From positions 4,340,001 through 4,404,000 of the forward strand of contig NC_043004.1 of the NCBI RefSeq assembly GCF_006345805.1: a stretch of DNA of 64,000 nucleotides. Reading direction: 5' to 3'. This document shows positions 28,501 through 38,500 of the stretch, piece after piece. Source of the stretch: Octopus sinensis (lineage: Eukaryota). The notes beneath the pieces are model-generated. The model was not told the origin of the DNA and did not search any database. It was given only the letters and a program-made list of their open reading frames with translations. Position numbers and translations under genes: made by a program. The stretch's first letter is position 1. Each line of letters opens with the position of its first letter.

Positions 28501-31500
28501 AAAAAGAAAAGTGCAAGGTTGTCTCTTTGTAAAACATCAATAAGTAGATAGTTAGAAAATTCTGTGGCCCCATCAGGTAAGTGCATTTTAGCTCAAGTGT
28601 TTTTGTAGAACATCACTACTGTATCTCCCCTTTCTCAGAGGATTCCGTAGGCTAGCCAAAATATTTTGCACTTTATCTCTGATTCTTTCAACTGAACACT
28701 AACCAAAAGCTTTGAAACTATGTTGGGGTGGCACCAACATGTGTACACTACATTATCATCGTTTAACATCCGCTTTCCATGCTGGCATGGGTTGGATGGT
28801 TTGACTGATGACTGGTGAGCCAGAGGCTGCACCAGGCTCAATCTGATCTGGCAAAGTTTCTACAGCTTGATGCCCTTCCTAATGTCAACCACTCTGAGAG
28901 TGTAGTGGGTGCTTTTACATGTCACCGGCATGAGGGCCAGTCAGGCAGTTCTGACAACAACCATGCTCAAAAGGTGTTTTTTACATGCTACCTGCATGGG
29001 ATCCAGTTCAGCGGCACTGGCAATGACCACGCTCAAATGTTGTCTTTCACATGCCACCGACATATGTGCTGGTAAGGCAACGCTGGCAACGATCACACTT
29101 GAATGGTGCTTTCCATGTGCCACCAGCATGGGAGCCAATCTGTGGTGCTATTTATAATGTACCTAGGAAAGAAAACATCACCAAGGGAAGATACAATAAA
29201 CTTCTTAAAGTAGCAAACATCATTAGAAAAAAACAGAGGTGACTTTGCTGAGCAGTGCTGGACACATAAGGAGGAGTTACTAAGTTGAGAACTTCCAATG
29301 GACACCTCAAAATAGTCATATATGCAATGACCAACTTGCAAAAACGTATGTCAATTAGTTTACATATGATACAGGATGTCACTGAGAAAAGCCACCATAT
29401 GGCATGGAAGACAAGAGATGGGTGGAGGATCAGAAGCATGAGAACGCAAGCAAGCTCAACCTGATCCCAGTGATGATTATTGTGTGTTACATAATTTTTT
29501 AGTAAAAACTACTTGCTAAATCTATGCCACCAGATGATTTAACCTGGATATCAACTAAAGCATAAATAATGTAAATGAGAAATGGCATGCATGGTCCTCA
29601 TTTCACTGGAGCTGTTGAAATCCAATTAGACTGAAATTGTCACCTGTATGTATTTGGACTAACACCAAAATTATTTTGGAACAATGCTGAATATACTCTC
29701 TTACACCTGAATACCAAACTATTTGAGTAAACCTTCTATATGATTTAGTTTGTGTGCATGACACAAATTTCTCAAATGGCACAATGCCAATTTTGTAAAC
29801 CGACCTTATGTGTTACAATAACACTATTATGATAAATACAGCTGCTCAAGAAGCTAGAAATACCAGCCAAATCTCTTTTTAATTATATCCTGCCATCTAA
29901 TGAACACATTAGATAAAGAAGTACTAGATATCTTTAAAAGGATGGGATGGTCACAGCTGAAATACTTTTTGATTATAGGTCTGTTCTGTTACAGTTCACC
30001 TGGGGCTTAACAGCAACATAAAGAATATTATAATGTAATCATTCATATTCCTTAAAAGACAACAGCAACATTTCTATTTACCTGTAAGCTGCGGACCTGG
30101 TCAATATTTTCTGGTAGATGTTTGATAGAATTATTGTGTGCATCAAGTACCTGGGAGTAAATGGCAAAGAAGATAAACAATTAGATACACATATGATATA
30201 TATATGAACAATTCAAACATTCAAATCAATGATGGAACCTTTACATGGTCATTCAATCTGTTTGAAAAAGCAAAGAAATTCCCTCAAATCATATCCGGCT
30301 ATCTATTTTTTTAAAAAAAGGAAGAAAACTGAGAACATTGTAGTGAAGGATATATATACCCTTTTACTCTTTTACTTGTTTCAGTCATTGACTGCGGCCA
30401 TACTGGAGCACCGCCTTTAGTCAAGCAAATCAACCCCAGAACTTATTCTTCGTAAGTCTAGTACTTATTCTATCAGTCTCTTTTGCCGAACCGCTAAGTT
30501 ACGGGGACGTAAACACACCAGCATTGGTTGTCAAGCGATGTTGGAGGGACAAACATAGATACACACATACATATATATACATATATACGACAGGCTTCTT
30601 TCAGTTTCTGCCTACCAAATCCACTCACAAGGCTTTGGTCAGCCCGAGGCTATAGTAGAAGACACTTGCCCGGAACCATGTGGTTGGTAAGCAAGCTACT
30701 TACCACACAGCCACTCCTGCGCCTATGTATAAATGTATAAAATAGATGGTTATTGTTAGAATATTTTTGACCATAGATCCACTTGATCAGGACTGACTCG
30801 GGGCTAAACAACAACAATTTAAACATAGCTCTTCACTTAAACATGCTTGGCTAAATCCAAAATTTCTGAGAGCTTGTCATGTTAGCGAAAGAAAGGGATG
30901 TACAATTTTTCCCTTCAAAATGCAGAGTAGTTCTTGTGGAATGTTAGAGAATTAGTTACGAGTGAATGAGCATTAAGGAAATAGATCTCTCTATTTGTGT
31001 GTCAGGATGTTGACAGAAGTAAAGTGTTGAGTGAAAGATCACATGAGAGCCAGCATCACTACATAATGTTATGGATGATGGCAGGAGAGAATCATCATCA
31101 TCATCATTTGATGTCTGCTTTCCCTGTTGGCATGGGTTGAACAGTTTGACAAGATCTGGTGAGCCACAGGGCCATGTCAAGCTTCAATGAAAGCTCTGGC
31201 ATGTTTTCTACAGTTGGATACCCTTCCCAATGTCGACCACCCTACAATGTGTATACTGGGTGCTTTGTTTTTATGCCACCAGCACAAGTGGGATCACTAA
31301 GTTGCAAAACAATAAAAGAATAGAAAAGGAAAAAAGATCTTATGATTTAAGTGAGGAAGGAGTATTAGAAATGGGGAAGGGGCTGAATGTCAGGTTTGAG
31401 AGACTAAAATATAATAGAGGGACACACAGAGGTATCTTGCTATAGAAGAGATACATGGCTACCCCACATCATATAAGGCTGAGTAATGGTAAGTGTAGTA

Positions 31501-32224
31501 GAAGTGTGTTGGATATCTATCCAGTCATACTGCTTGCACAGATTCCCATGACTCTCTGTTGTGATTCATCCAATTTTATTATTTGAATTGGGAGCTTGAG
31601 TCACAATGAGTCTTTCATTAGCTGATTACACAACCATGGATGCCACCCCTATATATGCACTGCAGTTATTCTCTTGATAGAGCTTGGTCTTCTAGGATTC
31701 CTCTGCTCAGCATCAATATAAGAATGAATCAGTTTATCTCTTTCACTGCCTCTTCACAATCTACAGTGCTGCAGTCCCATGACTTCACTGTACCCTTGGC
31801 AGGATAGCTGAATGAGTGCTATGTTATACCAAAGGGCAGCCTATAAGTATGTAGGACATGGTTGTGACTCTGGTGGGTATTTTCAAAGTACCCACGTTGG
31901 ATATTAAATAGATGCAATGTGTAGGTGTGTTTTTTATTTTTATCGGATGGTGCACGTAAAAAGCACCATCCGATCGTGGCTGTTGCCAGCCTCGCCTGGC
32001 CCCCGTGCCGGTGGCACATAAAAAGCACCATCCGATCGTGGCCGTTTGCCAGCCTTGTCTGGCACATAAAAAGCACCCACTACACTCACGGAGTGGTTGG
32101 CGTTAGGAAGGGCATCCAGCCGCAGAAACATTGCCAGATCAGACTGGGCCTAGTTGCTGCCTTCTGGCTTCCCAGACCCCAGTTGAACCGTCCAACCCAT
32201 GCTAGCATGGAAAGCGGATGCTAA

Positions 32225-32256
<32 letters not shown>

Positions 32257-35200
32257 ATTTCCCTGAGCCCTATTTCAATGTGCTTCCTGTACATGTATTT
32301 GACAAGCTGTTTTTACTCAAGGAATGGTGGAAATCCTTGACATTTCTAACCAACAATCAAAGTCATGTAACTTTCCATCACTTTGTGCCAAGTTATGGGA
32401 AGTTAGAGTATGAATACAGGGTCAGAAATAGGTGTCATGGAGTAAAGGAGATACATGGTTATATCTTTTAATATTATTTTTAGTAGTAGTACAATACGGT
32501 TTTCTTAAGCTACAAACTATATCACAAGTATTGTACACTAAAAATTAATTGATATGGATTATGAATTTCAAGAATTGCAAGTTATTAAAACTGGCGTTAG
32601 GAAGGGCATTGGCGTTAGGAAGGACATCCAGCCGTAGAAACACTGCCAGATTTGACTGGGCCTGATGAAGCCTTCTGGCTTCACAGACCCCAGTAGAACC
32701 GTCCAACCCATGCTAGCATGGAAAACGGACGCTAAACGATGATGATGATGATGAAAATGTGAAGGTATAGAAATTCAGTTGGATTCACAGAAACTCTAGG
32801 CCAAGAGCTACAGTACACATACACTCTCTCTCTCTCTCACCACATACATTATAAACAAAAGATATGAAAGTATGACTTACCCGAATTTTTACCAAATCAC
32901 TCATTCCACAATCACCAGCTTTTAGAGACGTTAACCAATTATCATGAAGCAACAAAATCTGAAGTGATAAAAATATTCTTTTAGAAAGTAAAAACAAAAA
33001 AAAATCTAAATACAACTTGGGAAATGCATCAATACAATAAAGTTTTTTTTTTCATTCAATCTATAACTGACACTCAAAGCAAGATAATGAGGGAAGTTCA
33101 ATGCATGAAATAGCAGCCAAGTCTCCTGCAAATTACACTCTACTATGCAAAAAAAAAGGGAGGACACATTGAACAGTAGTTTTGATAGCACTGTGGAATG
33201 GTCAGAGGCAGAATGTCTCTAATCATACATCAACTAAATCAGGGCTGACAAAAGATTAAAACAACAACTAAATCCAAATTGACATATTCTAATGATTACT
33301 TAAGCTCTGCCTCAGTATTGAACCTCTGGCTATTGAAGGAAAGTCGACCTTGCAGCTTTTTCTCAGATTTTGCTACATCATGTCATATGCTTCCCTAAGG
33401 GGAATGCCTTACCCTCCCAGGTCTTGTCGATTTTTTGCAACCTTATATTTTTCTAAGTAGCGGTGTTGGCCCTATGCAAACCCACTTTTGGTGGTCCATA
33501 GTGGTTTGGCCTACATTCTTTAACCTGTCCAGCATGGGAAGCCCTACCAAGATCTTGCCCTCTGCTAGTATAGCTCTCATGAAGGACATGCCACCACAAC
33601 CACAACAAAGATGTTCGCTGGGAATGTAAACATGATGACATTGGGGGTTTTTTTGTGGCTCAGATGGTATCTTGAGAAAGAGCAGGAATGACAACTTCCT
33701 GCACACTCACAAATACACAGACACACACACATATAAATAACAGGCTTCCATACAGTTTTTATCTATGAATCCCACTCACAAGGCATCAGTTGGTCCAAAG
33801 CTTTTGTAGAAGACAACCCAAAGTGCTATTCAGTCTAACTGAACATGAGTCTTAGACATTTATCTTCCACTTGTTTCAGTCATTGAACTATGGCCATGCT
33901 GGAGCATTGCCCTAAAGGTTTTAGTTCAGTAGTTCTCAACCACTTTTTTGCCGATAGACCCACTCCCCCCGATCCTTATTTTACTCAGCAGGACTTCCAA
34001 AATCATTTGATGTATATAGAAAAAAATCCGAACTGTATTTTTATAATTAAATATAACTCATTTACTCTTTTATGTGTTTCAGTCATTTGACTGTGGCCAT
34101 GCTGGAGCACTGCCTTGAAGGGTTTTAGTTGAACAAATCAACCACAGAACTTATTTTTTAAGCCTAGTACTTATTCTTTCAGTCTCTTTTGCTGAACTGC
34201 TAAATTACGGGGACATAAACACACCAACACCAGTTGTCAAGCAGTTATAGGAGAGGGACAAATACAGACACATAATGACAGGCTTCTTTCAGTTTTCGTC
34301 TACCAAAAGCTTTGGTTGGCTCAAGGCTATAGTAGAAGGCACTTGCCTGAGGTACCACACAGTGGGACTGAACTTGGAACCATGTGGTTGGGAAGCAAGT
34401 TTCTTACCACACAGCCACGCCTGCACCTATTATTAGGAATTGCATAAAAAGTCATATATTGTAGAATTATTACCAATTTATTGCACATAAATTTTAACAA
34501 CAACATCATATGTGGACCTTGATTGAGAATCACTACACTCCCAGTACTTATTTGAAGTTTGGCACTTATTCTATCAGTCTCTTTTGCTGAACTGCTAAGT
34601 TACAGGGACATAAAAGGAAACCAGTTATTAAGTGATGATGGAGAATAAACAAACAGACACACACACACACACATATATATATGATGAGCTTCCACATAGT
34701 TTCCATCAGCCAAAATCACTTGCTAGGCATTGGTTGATCCAGTGCTATAGTAGAAGACACTAGCCCGTGGTGCTGCACAGAAGGGCTGAACCCAAAATTA
34801 TATAGTGGCAAAGCAAGCGTCTTAACCACACAGCCATGCCTGTACCTATATTAAAAGGGTTGAGAAAGGACAGTAAAACGGACACATTGGACAATGTGTC
34901 CTAGATACACATAGCCTAAAAATTCTACCTGTTTCATATTCAAACCAACCAGATCCATGTCATTCTAAAAATAAACAATCACACTGTGGAAATCACAAAG
35001 CTATGAGACAATGCATGTGTCTAACACACGTGGGCATGTCTACAAAGTCAGAAAACAGCACAGCTCCCATGACTCAGAGACACTTTTTCACATTCAGAGT
35101 TGCTGAAGCATGGAACAAACTACCTGCATCAGTTGTCAGTTGCCCAGACACTGCATCCTCTAAAATCTCCAAGCTTCCTGAAATTCACTCATGCTACACT

Positions 35201-35543
35201 TGATATCTCCACTCTATATGCATACACACGTGTATATCATGACTCATACTCTGTTCACTTTCCTGATTTTTGTATGTAATTCTATGTACTGTACATCTAC
35301 CTTTGATGAGTGTAGTGCACCTGAGCACTATATTGTTTTATTTGTTTCAGTCATTTGACTGTGGCCATGCTGGTGTACTGCCTTTAGTCGAGCAAATTGA
35401 CCCCAGGACTTATTCTTTGTAAGCCTAGTACCTATTCTATTGGTTTCTCTTGCTGAACCACTAAGTGACAGGGACATAAGCACACCAGCATCAGTTGTCA
35501 AGCGATGTTGGGGGTACAAACACAGATACACAAACATATACAT

Positions 35544-35587
<44 letters not shown>

Positions 35588-38500
35588 GACGGGCTTCTTT
35601 CAGTTTCCGTCTACCAAATCCACTCACAAGGCTTTGGTCAGCCTGAGGCTATAGTAGAAGACACTTGCCCAAGGTGCCACGCAGTGGGACTGAACCCGGA
35701 ACCATGTGGTTGGTAAGCAAGCTACTTACCACACAGCCACTCCTGCGCCTATACACAGTAATTTCATTATTATATAATTAATTAAAAAGAATAGTAATAA
35801 ATAAGTATTACGTTTGACAGAGTAATCTGAATGCTGAAGGCCTAGTCATAGGTCAGCTGAAAGCAGGGCTGATCTGAGCTAAACAGCAATAGCAAATATA
35901 GTAACAACTTTACTCAATATTTCTTTAAGCTGATCAAATCATGTCTTACCTCTTTGTTCAGGACTTTACAGAGAGAGAACACATTGGAAGGGATCTGGAA
36001 ATAGACATTATAAGAATCAGAATGGTGTTTTATTATTATTATAATTATTATCATTGCTAATTTTTTTATCATTTACACTAGGCAGCAGGCCCGAAATTCT
36101 TGGGAAGAAGGCCAGTCGATTAGATCGACCCCAGTATGAAACTGGTACTTAATTTATCGATCGTGAAAGGAATGAAAAGCAAAGTTGGATGGTGAGGAGA
36201 AGGAGAAAGAAGGGGAAAGGGGGAAGAGGGGAGAAAGAAGTGGAGGAAGAAGGGGAGAAAGAAGAGGAGGAAGAGTGGAGGGGGTTGAAAAAGAGGGGAC
36301 AAAGAAGAAAAAGAGGAGAGGATGAAAAGGAGGGGACAAAACAGAAGAGGAGGAGATGAAAAAGAAGAAGGGGGAACATAGAAGAGGGGAGAAAGAAGGA
36401 GGGGAACGAAGAAGACTAGGTAGGGATGTAGAAGAGGACAAAGAAAAGGAGGAGATATAGAAGAGGAGGAGGGAATGAAGAAAAGAAGGAAGGAGAAAGA
36501 GGGGAGGCAAAAGAGGAGACGAAGAGGAGGGAATTAAAAAGATAAGGAAGGAGAAAGAGGAGGAGGAGAAGTAACCATTGTTGCTGTCACATTTTTTCTA
36601 TCATCATTACTGTTATCCCTATTGTCACTACCAACATATTTGCACATAATCTTCATCATCATCATAACTATACTCATCACCATTATCTTCAAAGTCATAG
36701 TTACCACTGCCACCACCGCCACTGCCACCACCATCACCATCATCACTGTCCTTATTAATATCACCCATCATCAGATAATGTTTATTTCTGTTCACATTGA
36801 TTTTTTTTTTTTATGCTACTGAATTCCTGCTAGTATTAATAGTCACCATAGCAACCAACTGTAACATGAAATGTCATTATAACAGCCTAGGCCACTGCAA
36901 CAAAAACAACAACAGTACAAACTTTTTGCCTGTAAACTCAAAGTGACATTAATAACTGGACAATTGTCAGTAATGAAGTTATCATCATCATCACTATTTC
37001 AGTGGTGCCAGATAATGTGTTTACTATATTCATCAGTTCACTTATTATTATTTTCCCAACATCTGACACCTCTGTATGCCTTAAGAAATATTAGAACATT
37101 GCCTTACACATTTTTACATTATTGGTTAATATTGTTGTGTAGACCCACTTGAAATCATCAGTGGTTTTCAGTTGGTGCCTCATGGTGCATTAGTGTGCCA
37201 CAAGGGGTATATAGGTATAATTTAGATTTTTAAAAACATCATTTAAGGCTTTGGAAAAATCTGTACTTGAACGTCTTGAAAAATATAATATTCATAATTT
37301 TGTTACATGCAAGTATCTTTTATCTTTTACTTGTTTCAGTCATTAAACTGTGGCCATGGTGGGTAGTTATTGCCTCCGTGAGGCCCAACATTCCTTTTGA
37401 TTGTTGGGCCTCATGGAGGCAATAGCCAAGACCTTTGGCATTATGTCGTGCTTGAGAAGAAGACCCATGAAGCCAAGCAAAATCGCAGTCATGGCAGATA
37501 CCAGTGTCATGCAAATTGGTACGTAAACACACCCATTACACTCTCGGAAATCCATGCCAAATCAGACTGGAGACTGGTGCAGCTTTCCAGTGTACCAGCC
37601 CAGTCAAACCGTCCAACCCATGCCAGCATGGACAACAGATGTTGGGCAAAAGCCTCATGTTATTATCATTATCATATCATCATCATCATTTAACATCCGT
37701 TTTCCATGATAGCATGGGTTGGATGGTTTGATCGGGATCTGGGAAGCTAGGAGGCTGCACCAGGCTCCAGTCTGATCTGGCAGTGTTTCTACAGCTGGAT
37801 GCCCTTCCTAATGCCAAGCACTCTGAGAGTGTAGTAGGTGCTTTTTATGTGCCAACGGCCACGGAAGTCACTCAAGGCGGCGCTGGCATATATATATATA
37901 TATATATATACGGCAGACTTCTTTCAGTTTCCCTCTCTATCAAATCCACTCCAAGGCTATACTAGAAGACACTTGCCCAAGCTGCCATGCGGTGGGACTG
38001 AACCCAGAACCATGTGGTTGGAAAGAAAGCTTCTTAACCTCACAGTCACACCTGTGCCTATAATTAACAAAATAAAGATAAGCGATAGTTTTGAACATCT
38101 TTTCTAAATTTTGAATTTTAAAATAGTTTACTATAGGAAAAGTATCAATAGTTTTTGTTTGGTCTAAGGTATGTCATGTAGTCCAAAAAAAAAAAAAAGT
38201 TGATGGAAAATGATTCATATCAAGTAAATTTAGAGCACAAAGGTAACTGATCAGATAAATTGCTTTCTTCTGGCAGTAGATCTTAGTTTGTACAGCTACA
38301 TGCGGTGATTTATCATATTGGAGATATGTGTGTGACAGTTTGAGCATTTTCCTTTCTCGCTGTCAGTTATTTACTGGAGCAGAACAGTGGTTATTTTAGC
38401 AGGCAAAGTATTTTATGGAATTCAATGTGTTTCGACATAAATAGTAGCTTGTCATGGTACAGATTGTATCAAAGACAACAGTTTCAATGCTTGGTGCTGT

